Of a DNA stretch of 64,000 nucleotides, positions 37,801 through 49,800 are shown one piece after another. The notes under the pieces were generated by a model. The model had not been told where the DNA came from and searched no databases. It saw nothing but the letters and a program-made list of their open reading frames with translations. The translations under genes were made by a program, and so were the position numbers. The DNA comes from Orbicella franksi. Lineage: Eukaryota. The stretch lies in NCBI GenBank assembly GCA_964199315.1, contig OZ116702.1:20894001-20958000 (forward strand), read 5' to 3'. Position 1 is the stretch's first letter, and every line of letters starts with the position of its first letter.

Positions 37801-38670
37801 ATTGGGGTTTTTGCCACACAACGAGCTCTCCAGAGTACCCCCAATCAAATGGTGCAGCGGAGAGAGCAGTGCAGACAGCAAAGCGCATTTTGAAGAAGGC
37901 TGCAGCTGACCAAAAAGACCCTTTTGAAGGGCTGTTGAAGTACCGCAACACTCCATTTGAAGATATCGGCGTGTCGCCTGCACAGCTGCTGATGAGTCGG
38001 CGCACACGCACAATGATACCAACCCATCGACGTCTCTTATTACCGCAGGCAGTGGATCCTGATAGAGTAGTGAAAGCGCTGCGGCTACGTCAATTTGTCT
38101 CTAAGAAGAATTACGACAAACAGAGTAGAGATCTGCCTCCACTTGAAGCTGGGGACAAGGTGCGAATTCGGCCAAATAGAGATAGAGAATGGCGTGAAGC
38201 AGAAGTGTTGCCACGATCATACTTAGTACAGGATGAACGAGGGTGTGTCTATAGAAGAAATCGAAGGCAGATAATCTCAGTCCCAAATGATCATCCAATG
38301 AGGCCACGGCTGCATGATCCTCCTTCAAGTCCCCAGTGTGCTGACTCTCCAATATGTCCATCATCACCTTCTATAAAGGACTCAGCACCAGAACCAATGG
38401 AATCAGCAGAAGGACCAAGAAATGCAGAACGATCACCTATTACAACCAGATCCGGGCGACAAGTTAAAAAGCCCCAGAGACTCATTGAATCCTGTTAGAG
38501 GGGAGATGTTGTAATATTAACTTGTGGGTACCCCTCTGTGGAGTCCCTTACGTTTTCGTGGGCCGCCCCACATCTCGCGAACATGTGAGTTGGCTTATGT
38601 CGGACATTGTGTTGACAGTGTTTAACGTTGCGTTGAGTATTTGAGCCTTATCTAAAGCTATCTTACAACA
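34829..38670 (+). mobile_element. Ty3/Gypsy LTR retrotransposon 2: identical LTRs, internally deleted
   Basis: 164-bp LTRs at 34829-34992 and 38507-38670 are identical by eye. TSD TCACT. PBS TGGTGTCAGAA at 34993. Polypurine tract AGAGGGGAGA. Confidence 0.97.
35055..38498 (+). CDS. Uninterrupted gag-PR-RT(partial)-IN polyprotein lacking the RT C-terminus and RNase H
   Basis: Gag, two Cys knuckles, protease ADTGA, RT IIVDDF, then KKVKLR|VISDCLSRAP joined directly to the integrase (HGAH..C..C, DDE core). No stop codon. Confidence 0.9.
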   Translation, partial: QTAMAERDTRTPGPLVLDANAADNWRKFLMQFEIYLVAKSKDDKPDKLKVNMLLHCAGPEAIEEYSHFVYNAGEDKECYADVCSKFKALCEGARNVIYERLVFNKRNQKEGERVDNFVSELKRLSLTCEFGELRDSLIRDRIVGGVLSDELRGELLKKPDLTLQKAHDYCRTFEASELQKFKFNIQASAGTEHSLGIQPVRKSKEADKTAARSCKFCGYKHPFTRPSRCPAFGKQCLKCKKEGHFAQVCPGNVKEGSKVDLVQQESPPDLDTQNMNKEAHTYFGSIELDSVSDSRKSTKSLITLKIEGQNVEVKADTGAEATVIPFHLYKKISKKPLQKIQQPLKGWLATKPIHPRGCVRLQTQYKNRQMNLLYLVVDGNFTPLLECDACLDLEVLQFMNLQLIDTPVPNPAMPDTPRARGDQTIFQKDPILREYPDCFSDKPGTLPNKVHLEVDASVPPVVHPPRKIPVAMLEPVREKLKEMEEDGIIVKEDEPTSWVSSMLVIDKRKVKDKRKDTPLSKDDVRICIDPRDLNKALKRPHYPMVTVEEVANRLSGAKSFTSLDACSGYWQLPVDEESSKLLTFNTPWGRYRFTRLPFGVSPAPEIYQREMDRLFEGVPVEIIVDDFLIHGKDQLEVDDKLRRVFDKSREVELNFNPKKVKLRVISDCLSRAPLSDTEPVSEPEDVIGINLIEELGFESSTLKRFKETSSIDETSRVVMEYVLKGWPSEKEQVDELAREYWSFKEELSVEDGLLFKSDRIVVPRPLRAEVLDEIHGAHMGESKSLSFARDYVFWPSMTAQIKDKVSSCSICNAFRNRQQRESLHPHDIPGLPWQVVGTDLFEYGGQTYLLVTDFYSKYFEIELLRQNTATCVINNLKKIFARFGVPDKVVSDNGSQYSNTRNLFDSTHEFKQFAEDWGFCHTTSSPEYPQSNGAAERAVQTAKRILKKAAADQKDPFEGLLKYRNTPFEDIGVSPAQLLMSRRTRTMIPTHRRLLLPQAVDPDRVVKALRLRQFVSKKNYDKQSRDLPPLEAGDKVRIRPNRDREWREAEVLPRSYLVQDERGCVYRRNRRQIISVPNDHPMRPRLHDPPSSPQCADSPICPSSPSIKDSAPEPMESAEGPRNAERSPITTRSGRQVKKPQRLIESC

Positions 38671-39997
38671 TCACTGTTATGACAGAGATATTGATTTGTG
38701 AAAAGTTCTATAAGCAAATGCACCTGGGAACAAATAAATTTATCATGGATGCAGCTTCTAAGAGATCCCCAATATTAATGGAACATACACTTCACATACA
38801 TGTAAAAGAGTCCAATAATTCATTACTTAAGATTCTAATGCTTTGTTTGGTTTCTCTGTATCTACAGACAACTTGATGAGATTATAAATTCTGCACCAAG
38901 TTCATTGAATAAACTGACTTGGAGGTTCAGTTCTGCAACCCATCCTGTGCAGTAATATTATAGCTGCCACATTGTGACAGATACACTGTATTACATTATT
39001 AAAAAACACATGTATTAACTAATTATTTTAAGTGCCTGTTAAATTAATCAGTTTTTGTTAGAGATAATTTACTCATGGTTTATTTAAATAATTGGCTTTT
39101 TGGCTTTAAAATGGTATTTATTGAGATTTTAAATCAATTTTGTGATAATCTGCATTGGACATGGCATGAATTGATATTTTGCCAACAAGAAATGGAGAAC
39201 TGGGTCTTAAGCAAAGTTGCAGGATTAGCATTTTTGTAGAAAGAAAGGGTTGAGAAATTTGTGACATTCTACAGACAGCCTTGCCATTCACAATGTCCAA
39301 TAAGGTTAATTTGTTCCATACTGTTGTACAAATAGTGTTCTCTAATTTATAAATTATTTCAATCTGTTGTTTAAATGATTACTTTATAACCCCATGTCTG
39401 GCTTTGGTGCATGTAGGATATTGATGTATCGTTTATCCATTTTGCTGTAAGTTATCTTAATTGATGTGTCAATCAAAACATATCTTGGATATGCTGGGCT
39501 CTTCTTACAAATGTACCTATGCCTGATAACCTTTGAGTGCATTTGGTTGTGTAGTGCAGACAAAATACATGTACATAATATAACTTACTCTTAGCTTACT
39601 TATAATTCTTGGTATAATTTAATCATAGCAAAATTTATTAATGGAACCCAATAACAGCTCCTGTAGTCCACAGTCTCAGTCGAGAAAAAGAACAAATCAC
39701 ATTGAAATTGAATAATAAAATCATTATTAGAAGCCTATGTAAGTATTCATGATCAGCAAAAAAAATGTCATAATTACTATTCATGCGTGAGGGATTTTGC
39801 TCATTGCAAACCCTTTCAGCAGGAGGAGACTCCATACAATAGTGAAGATGGCTAAATGCATCTTTGGGGACAAGTTAGAAAACAAAACTTTCCAACTTTT
39901 CACATATGTATACTGTTTTGGTATTTTTGCGAGATTTCATTTGGTAGAGATTTAGGGACTAAGTATATTGTAACCACTGCATTTCAATCAATCCCCA

Positions 39998-40352
39998 TGT
40001 TACGAAAAATTGTCTAAGTCTAGTTCTAGAACAATCTAGAACCGGAAGTCATTCAGCCGTGAACAATTTGTATAAGAACATCCCAGAACATTCTGATCCT
40101 TATGTAATTACTCAGATTAGAAACTGTGTCAAACTACTAAATTTAGCTCCTAATAGAAGTTTCTGGAACTTAAAAGCCTCGTGTATATTAGAGCGAGAGG
40201 TTCTTCTGTAAAAGAGATTGATTCAAATTTGAAGAAGCTTAGTGCTGTAAATTCGCGAAGTTACCTTACGGAAATAAATTAGTTTGTTGCTGTTACCGGC
40301 GATCCTGAGTTCTGTCTGGAAACAACCCTGCTCTATAACGATACTCGTGACA
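39998..40352 (+). mobile_element. Solo LTR (355 bp)
   Basis: Ends TGTTACGA...TCGTGACA, flanked by a 5-bp direct repeat CCCCA (39993-39997 and 40353-40357). Internal AATAAA near 40273. Confidence 0.8.
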
Positions 40353-40744
40353 CCCCACAACAAGAAAATGTGTAAACTTCTTTTGTGTGGGAGTCCCCAT
40401 GTTAACTAAGGAAGAATATAACGATTAATAACAATGCCTTGTCTTTCTGAATAAGGTACGAAAGAACAAGAAATGCCACCAAAAAGCACAGACGACAGTT
40501 CTGTTATGTGATCAAGATTTTTGGTGGCTTCCCAGAAATCCTTGAAATCATGGCTCTATATTTCATAATCACACCATCCTACACCTCGATCTACTGATGT
40601 AATCCTAGTTCCGGCTGAAACTATTAAATCATTCGCAATTTACCTCACATACATGTTAGATTATTTTCATTAGTAACAACATTCCGAAAAATAACCGAGG
40701 AGCTCCGCTTTTAGACTGGCCTAAATCTACATATTAAACAAATA

Positions 40745-40885
40745 ATCACAAGTACCCTCAGGCATTTAAGGATTAATTTCACTTCCAAATTGCCCTTGTC
40801 GCTTCGCGACTTGGGCAATTTTGTGAAAACTTTGAACATACAAGTGAAATTAATCCTTAATTGCCCTCAGGGCCATGCCATTACA
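40745..40885. repeat. Palindromic MITE-like repeat
   Basis: 17-bp perfect inverted repeat AAGGATTAATTTCACTT (40768-40784) / AAGTGAAATTAATCCTT (40842-40858), plus an inner AATTGCCC/GGGCAATT pair. Confidence 0.6.
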
Positions 40886-41255
40886 TATACAAATTAATCC
40901 ATGCTTTCATCTCACTGTTAAGGAGTTTTGTTCATCTTGCAGTCTTAAGTTTTGACATTGTTTTTGATTGGAAAGTATCACTAAAAAGACTACTGAAGCT
41001 AATTTCACTCGCCTACCAGACCACCAAACTTGCATTTTCACTTGCCCAAGAGCAAAATGTACTTGCCCCGGGCAATCCGACCTGTATGGTTATGCCCATA
41101 TACGTCTTTGTTGTGCATGTTCTTTGCTTGCAATGCATGCTGGGACCTTCTGCTTTCACGGGTCGCCATTTTGATTAAACATGTGTTGTGTTAAGTTGTC
41201 GTGAGTTCATTCTACGGATTCTACATGGTGGCATCGATCTTTGACCCTTAAAATG

Positions 41256-44200
41256 TCGGACCGAGAACCAGTACAACAACAAGGTTTGCCCTTGGGACCG
41301 GAACAAAATCAAACTCTTCCACAACAAACGAGTCAACTTCCACTCCCCGCTCGATTTGATGGAGCAAACGGACCAAACCAGGCAGAGTGTTGGATTCGGT
41401 GGAGCCGACGTTTTGAACGCTATAGGATAGCTTCTGACCTCAAAATTAAACCCGAGTACGAAAAAGTGAGTACTTTACTGTATGCTATGGGAGACTGTGC
41501 AGACGACATTCTAGCCACTCTCCGCCTCGATGAAACCAAAGCTACGCATGATGAAGTTCGCACCGCCCTCAACGGCTATTTCGATGTCCGCCGCAATTTA
41601 ATTGTGCAACGAGCCCTCTTTAACAAGAGACACCAGTTGGCTGGCGAGTCATTGGACACATTCATTCAAGATTTATACAGGCTTGCAGAAGACTGCAAGT
41701 ACGGTTTGCTAAAAGATGGGCTTATCCGAGATCGAATTGTCGTAGGCGTTGTTGACGACTCGTTGTCAGATCAACTTCAAGCCAAAGCAGATTTAACCCT
41801 CTAAATGGCAGTGCAAATGAGTTGTCAGGCGGAAGCACAAAAGCAACAGAAGGATCTCATCTGAGGAAGCGCTATCTCTGAAACGGCTACCGACTCTACA
41901 CGTGTGGATTTAGTGGAAAATCACAAAAGAGATTCGAAATCAGCCATGAAACCCGAAACCGGAGCACGGTCAAAGCGCGAACGTAAATGCATGTGGTGTG
42001 GTGGACAGCAACACAAACGGCAGTCATGCCCTGCGAAGGATGTAACTTGTAACAGCTGTCACAAAAGGGGTCATTTTCGAACTGTTTGTCTCTCCAAAAA
42101 ACCGGCGGTGAAGCGCACGTCCATCAAAGAAGTAGCAGATCTTGAAGAGGTCGAAGTTCCTTTCCTTGGTGAAGTCTACAGCAGCGAAGCAGACTTCTGT
42201 ACCGCCATTGTAAAGGTGGATGGTCATGAAACGCACTTTAAGTTGGATACTGGAGCAGCAGTTTCCATTGTCAGTGATAAGGAACCTTGGCTCAAAGACC
42301 ACCAGCTAACGAAATCGCAGCAGATTTTAAGAGGTCCAGGAGGCACCATTCTATCAGTTGTCGGCACCTTTCGAGCCACTTTGACATATAAATAGCGTCA
42401 GATTTCTGAAACTATCTTTGTTTTGAAAGATCAGTTCTACTCCCTCCTCAGCAAGAAAGCTTGTGTTGACCTGGGGTTAATTGCCCAAATTGGAGAGATG
42501 AACACTAGCTCAGCCAGTGAATTTCATTGGAGAATTTCCTCAGCTTTTCAGTGGTCTGGGGAAACTGGAAACCAAGTATCAGATCAAGCTCAACCCGGCT
42601 GTAAAGCCAGTTTGCCTCTACACCCCAACGAAAATACCTCACCCATTGTTGCCTAAAGTGAAGAACGAAATTGATTCTATGCTTTGACAAGCCGTCATTT
42701 CTCCCATTACTGTTCCCACAGACTGGTGCTCTGGCATTGCCCCTGTCCCAAAACCTAATGGGCGTGTAGGGATCTGTATAGACCTGACACCACTGAACAA
42801 AGCGGTGCAGCGCGAAACTCATCCCATGGGTTCTATTTATGAAAGCCTTGCCATGCTAGATGAAAGCAGAGTATTCACGAAATTAGATGCCAACAGCGGT
42901 TTCTGGCAAATTCCTTTGAATGAGGACTCCAAATTGTTGACCACCATTGTCACCCCCTTTGGCCGCTTTTACCGCTTGCGGACCATGTCAGACATCTTGG
43001 AGGGCCTTGATGGAGTCATATGCCGGATGGATGATATCCTTATCCATGAAAGAAACCATATGGAACATGATGCACGTGTCCGAGCAGTTTTGTTTCGCCT
43101 TCAAAGAGCTGGACTGACATTGAACATTCAGAGGTGTGAGTTTTCGCAAGGAAGACTCAAGTTGCTAGGATACATTGTCGATGCCCAGGGTGTTCATGCT
43201 GACCCAGAGAAGACACGTGCGACTGGCCATTTTCCAACCCCCACAACTGTAACAGAACTACAGAGGTTCATGGGCATGGGTAACCAACTGGGAAAGTTTG
43301 TCCCTGGCTGAGCAGACACCAATGCACCCTTACGGCAACTCCTTCGCAAGGATAGTGCTTGGTACTGGGATGGGGCGCAGCAGACAGCATTCCAGCGAGT
43401 CAAAGAGAAGCTTGCATCACCTGAAATCCTTGCACATTACAACCCCAACCGTCAAACAGTCATTACCGCGGATGCGTCATCAACAGGGCTGGGAGCAGTT
43501 CTTCTTCAAACACAAGACAACGGACAGCGCCGTCCTATCTGTTACATCTCCAGATCCGTTAGTGATGCTGAAAGGAACTATGCAGTCATCAAGAAGGATG
43601 CGCTCGCCTCAACCTGGGCATGCGAATGCCTTGAGGAGTACGTCCTTGGACTCAGGTTTACCCTGGAAACAGATCACAAGCCACTTGTTCCACTCCTCAC
43701 AACAACCGACTTGTCCAAGATGGCCCCTCGAATACTGCGCTTCCGCCTTCGAATGATGCAATACAACCCCGAAGTCTTGCATGTTCCTGGTAAATGTCAG
43801 ATTTCAGCTGCTGCACTTTCGCGTGCTCCAGTTAGCTCCCCAAATACGTCGGACATACAGTTCATTGAAGAGGTTGAAGCCTTTGCTAGCTCCACAATGG
43901 ACCAACTTCCTGCCACTACTCAGCGCCTTCAAGAAATCATAGAGGCTCAAAAAAATGATGAAGTATGCATGCAAGTCAGAGGGTATTGCCAAGCGGGTTG
44001 GCCAGTATACACGCCCCATCAACCCCTACTCAAGCCATATTGGAAGAGCAGAGCTCACTTGACAGTCGTTGACGATCCTCTCCTTTATGATGAACACATC
44101 GTAATCCCACAAGCTCTGAGATTGGACATACTAGACTGCATCCATCGTGGTCACCTTGACATTAGCAAATGCCGCGCTAGAGCCCGAATGTCAGTTTGGT

Positions 44201-45260
44201 GGCCTGGGCTATCTGTAGCCATTGAAGACATGGTCATAGCATGCTTCACATGTGCAAAAGAGCTACCAGAACCCAAGGAGCCCTTGATGCCGTCATCTTT
44301 TCCCAGTCGCCCTTGGGAGAGGATTAGCATGGATTTGTTTGAGTATGGAGGACGAACATACCTTATCACTGTTGACTACTAATCCAGATGGGTCGAAATC
44401 AAACTTCTCACAACACAAACTGCAAAGAGTGTGATCAAAGCTGCCAAGGAGCTACTCGCAACCCATGGTATACCAGATATAGTGATTTCAGACAATGGAC
44501 CCTGTTTTAGTGCAGTATCCTTCCAAGAGTTTACTGCCAACTATGGTTTGTCCACACAACTAGCTCTCCCAGATATCCTCGAGCCAATGGAGAGGTAGAA
44601 ATGGCTGTAAGGGCTGTAAAGGGACTCTTAAAGAAGAATGATGACCCTTACCTTGTACTCCTCACCTACAGATCTACTCCCGTGCAAACTGGTCTCTCAT
44701 CAAGTGAGCTACTCATGGGAAGAAGACTCCGGGCTCAGCTCCCTGTCCTTGCAACGACATTGGCACCCAGACACTTGAAGAGAGAGCGTGAAGAAGTCAT
44801 GAAGCGAGACGAAATCTACAGGTTCAACCAAAGGCAAAGCTTTAACCAACGACATCAAGCAAAGGAACTCCGACTTGACAAATGGTGACTCAGTATGGAT
44901 CAGAGACCAGGATCACCTAGGGAAGATACAAAGGCGCACTCAGCATCCTCGCTCCTTTGTCATCAAAACAGAGAAGGGCACACTATGACGTAACAGATCT
45001 GCTCTTGTCAAAGCTCAGTTGCAGTCCCCTTCAAAGGTAGACAACCAAGCCACTTTCACCAGTACTGTGAGCAACCATGCTGTTCAGGACACAGAGGAAA
45101 TGACTGGTTCATCTAAGCTCCTGTGTACTACAACTGAAGCTCCAATGCAGCCTGTCCCCAGTCAAATAGCTCCATTACAAAGATGTTCAAGGAAAATGGT
45201 TAAGGCGCCTGATCGATTGGACCTCCAGACAAATATGTCTGACTCTATCAGGGCAGTTTA
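41256..45260 (+). pseudogene. Degenerate gag-pol of Gypsy 3
   Basis: LDTGA protease, MDDIL RT, ADASSTGLG RNase H and HRGH..C..C integrase, with many stops and frameshifts. Confidence 0.92.
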
Positions 45261-45344
45261 GGAGACAGCTATTACGTTTATGCCCTTCAGAGACTGTGTT
45301 ATGTACTATCAAGTCTTGTTGAGCTATTTTTTTGTAAAAAAATC

Positions 45345-46590
45345 TCTTAGTCGGCGCGTGGGGTATGTTATGGACGGGTTAATGGATGAGTGAGTGAGTG
45401 AGTGAGTGAGAGATGTATGTATGTCACACCAATCAGATCGGATCTACTATAAACAGCCAATTAAATTTCTTGTTGTAAAGGTAAATGGTATGTGAGAAGA
45501 TTTGACCCCGACAGAGTTTAGAACGGCCATATTTATTCTTCTATAAAAGAGGAGGAAGTATTCTTTTATTGGGTTTACTTCGACATTTTCTGTGGGTTAG
45601 GCTGAGGATTTTAGTTATGAAGGAGATGAGCCTTGAGGTTTGAAACAGTTCGTGAGTTAGTAGTATGCAAATGGAACGAGACATTTTCATTTTTAGTTAC
45701 AAAGGTAACTTGAGACTTTTGTTTTTCACAAGGAGTAAATTCAATTAGAGGTCACGAATAGTCGCTTCTAGTTCTTAGGACATGTTTTAGAGGAGACGAG
45801 ACTATTTAGATATGAAAGAGTTCTAACGTTTACAATAGTAAGTGCAGGTAACGATTGTTTTGTTCTTGTTGCATGCAAATATAACGAGATATTTTTATTT
45901 TTTAGTTACAAAGGGTAATTTGACATTCTTGTTTTTCACAAGGGAGTAAATTCAATTAGAGCTGACGAATCGTCACAACTCTTTACCACGAGATGTTTGC
46001 TATCTTTAGTTACAAATGGTAACTTAACACTTTTGCTTTTTACATGGAGCTGACAAGTTATCGGCTATTTTTCCAGGATATCAAACAAAAAAGAAACTTT
46101 CGTTTCTGGACGGTTGTTACGTCTCTTCAGTAGCAGTTTAATATTTTCATTTGATGAAATTAATTTCTGTCCGATATTTTTAAGGGTAAAAAGTATGAAA
46201 ACTGTTCAAATGTTCTTTGAAGACCGCGTGGCACCAAGTTAAAGTGCAATTTAATTAAATCAGACTTTCAACGTGTCAGAGAGGTTTTTTCCTCTTTCTT
46301 TCTGTTTTCGGTGAAGTAGTGTTGTGTTGTGTAAAAAGAGTAAACTTACGACTCGTATAAAATGCGAAAAGGTCTCTTATTTAACTTGAGTATTTTTGAG
46401 CATTGAATTCCTCTTGGGGGTTGGAAGGGCTATGTGATCGGTGAGTGAGGAAGTTATGCATGTTCACGTGTCACACCAATCACAGTGTGGGTTGTATAAA
46501 AGAACGAATCAAATTGCCTGTTAGAAAATAAGATGGTATCTACATTAATCTGGAGACGTGTCAGATTACTGTAGTTTGTTCAGTCAAACA
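45345..46590. mobile_element. Unclassified ~1.25-kb insertion with (GAGT)n/(GTAT)n microsatellite and internal duplications
   Basis: Microsatellite at 45386-45422. Diverged repeats of TTTAGTTACAAAGG..GTTTTTCACAAGG near 45690, 45900 and 46005. GTCACACCAATCA occurs at about 45423 and 46470. Boundaries approximate. Confidence 0.4.
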
Positions 46591-46822
46591 TTTTATGGCT
46601 TACTATTTAGCAATCTTACCATGACCGATGTAACATCGCATGTACATCATAAATTCCCAGTTTCTTTCTTGCTGTACATCGCAACCAAAATAACTAGTCA
46701 AATTAACCAAATCATTACTGTAAACAGCTCCATGAATGCTCCTATCTCCGACACTTCACAAAAACAAATAGCTCTTGCACGCCTCGCATGCCTATGTTAA
46801 ATATTTGGCAGTCAGATTTTAA

Positions 46823-49800
46823 GAGGCTGTCTCTATAAGAACCACCCACTGAATTTCGCACCAAAAATAATTTTGCCTGAAACTCTATTAACTGGAAGAC
46901 TTTATCAAGGTTAGAATAAAAACAGGATTTGTTTGATTCAAAATTATTTTCTGGTCGCTTTAGGAGCCAAAAAATATTTCATCCGGTCAGCGCCCGTTGC
47001 AACGTCTCCAAAAGCATAAAATTGGCATTTTTCGTGGCGCTGAAAAATACTTGATTCGCAACATCTAGTATTGAATCTTATGTCAATTTACTCATAAATC
47101 GCTCTAGTTTATCAAGAGACCAACAATGTTTTTTCTTTATTTGAGTGGCAAGAGAAAATCAAGCAAATTGCTGAACACTATTAATCGCCATCGAACGATA
47201 GCCTTCATCTAGAAGCTAATTTCTAAACTTTGGGACTTAGTTGAGAACTCCAGTCCATACAGCCGAACAGTATAGTCCTTTGTCGACAAAAAGACACAAA
47301 AACCCCTGTACGTTTTAGGTATTTCAAAAGTTATGGCCGTTTGTTTTAGCAGTAGTGTCAGCACATGTACGTGCATGTGCAACTTTCACACCTGCACCGA
47401 AATTGACCTATCTCGAGCAGATTTTATCATAAATACAGCTTACCTGCTACGCAGCTCGGGTTTAGCTCCAACTTCGGCCATTTTCCAAGCCTTCACATTG
47501 TTGAATTCAGAAACAGTTCCAGTATATATACGTAAACAGGCAGGTGTTGCCTTCGATCGAAACTTGAGCGCGAGTTTTATCGAGTTTCGGCTTGTAAGCG
47601 ATCAAAGCTCGCCAACTCCGGGCCAATTTGTGCTAAATATCCTATCCTAACATCTTATCAAAGCATGGTTTCTTCGTGAATCAGACAATTAACTATCCAA
47701 GACTGGTATGAGGGAGAAAAGAATTGAAAGGTTGAAGAAATCTCGCCATTTAGATCGCCGAAAGATGGCGTTTTGATGTGGTGCTGCTTCCACGGAGGTC
47801 CGGTTAATAACCTCACGTGTAAACACGCTAGCCAGTTTACAATTGCGAAATGGCTCAGTAATCTCGAAAATCAAAATATGGAACTCAAGTGCTTATTAGA
47901 GACTAGAGGGGAATCATTTTGTTCCGAGTAGGCACGTGCACTCGGCTTGATAAAGCTTTCTGACTGTCGAAGTAATATCGATGACGAGTTGCAAACGTGG
48001 CACTTCAGCCAGCTAATAGGTTCCATACAAGAATTTGAGATAATTCTAAACAGGTTGGGTTTGCCTCATGACCTTTCCCCTGAACAGCTCGAAGGACTAT
48101 GGATCTGTGAGAAAAATGGAAATCACTTTGGTAAAAACTGGCGCCCGTGACGCACATGCCAATACCCGCTGCATTCTGGTCGGCAGAAGCAACTGAAGAC
48201 AAGAAACGCAGTCAGCCCTGACATGTCAAGGGAAATAACTGGTATTTATGGGAAGCATGTTCCAGCGGGATCCCGTAAGTCTGAAGAATTGCAGATATGG
48301 CATAAATCATTAATTTTTAGTTTTTGTTTATTCCTAAGCCAACAGAACCAAACTTCGAAGTAACATGTGTGGCATTGTTACGACGCTGTTTTTGCTTTGT
48401 TTAGAGCAGAATATTTAGGACTAAGATTAGAATTACTGTTTCAGAAAGAAACATTAATTTCTCCCTTTCTAATTCAAAGATAGCGAAGAAACGAGGAGAA
48501 AGTACTCAATTTGAGTCCGATTAAATAAGACGTGCGTTTAAGTTTCGGTCTCTGCCGACAATATTGTTGGTTGACGTGCCTTAATTAAATTAAATTGAAG
48601 TGTTAGATAAGCACGGAAGAATTATTAAAATCGCAGTAAATATACACGTATAGTGCGCTCCTAACTAGAAGTGTTGAATGAAAATGGTTCAAAAACAATT
48701 TTCTTTTATACAAAGAAAACATGAAAATGAAGGTTGAAGCTTAAATTCCATGCATGTTTGAGAAAATCGGCTGGTCAATTTTCGCGTATGCAACTTTGTT
48801 ATGTTTGCACAGCCTTTTACGCGCTAAAACTAAACAGACATGAAAATACTTTTAAGACTAAAAATAATTATTCAAAAGTACACTGCATTTGGTTTCCGCT
48901 GGAAAAAAAAAACTTTCGCTTTTTTATTTTTTTGAGTTTTTATTAAAATTTTTTACAGCTCTTTGAGTATTTACAACTGTCTCCAGCTGAAATAAACACC
49001 GTAATCATGCCGGTGATTGAAACAGGTAAAAATGTTCAAGCATTTTTTTTTTATTAAGAGTTGTCCATATTGCGGTAGGGATTAGCTACTTGCAAAGAAA
49101 AAAAAAGGTAAAAAATAAAGAGAAAATTACTCACATTTTTAGTGTACGCTCTGTAGATTTTGCACTGACTGGGCCTGGTCAGCACCACAACGTAGCCGTT
49201 TTGTGCTACTCAGTTTCAATTTGCATTCGTTTCCAAGCTAAGAATGTTATTTCCTATAGACTGTGCCTTTCAGTGATTTGGGTATCTTGCTCTAAGCTTC
49301 ACCATATCAAGTTGGAGGAAAACAAGGCGTGGTTGCAAGGGCAACAGATCCAGAGCACTACCTAACAGGACGATGAGCCTTCCAGGTGATTATGGGTTAC
49401 TTTGTATTTACTCTTTATTAATAATGGCTGTCCACGTTATACAGGGACGCAGCTGTCAGAAAAAAAATAAAGACAAATCGAAGTCGAAAGTCCATTAACC
49501 CGTCTCTACCTAGAAAAAAAAAAACAAAAACAAAATCCTCATATGAATGTTCGTTAATGATGATACGAGAATACTGATGTTTACAAATAACATAATATAT
49601 TCACTATTTTGCACAATGACTGTACATGCATTGGGACACTGATTGGGTGTTTACCAATGGCGAAACTCGTGTTCAGCTGGTGAGCACTTTCAATGAAGTT
49701 TTGCTTTGACTCAAAAAGAATTAAGGACCGGACACACGCAATAAAAGAGCACACAATGTAACACGAAACATTTTTTTTCTCTAGAGATGGCTACAAGCTG

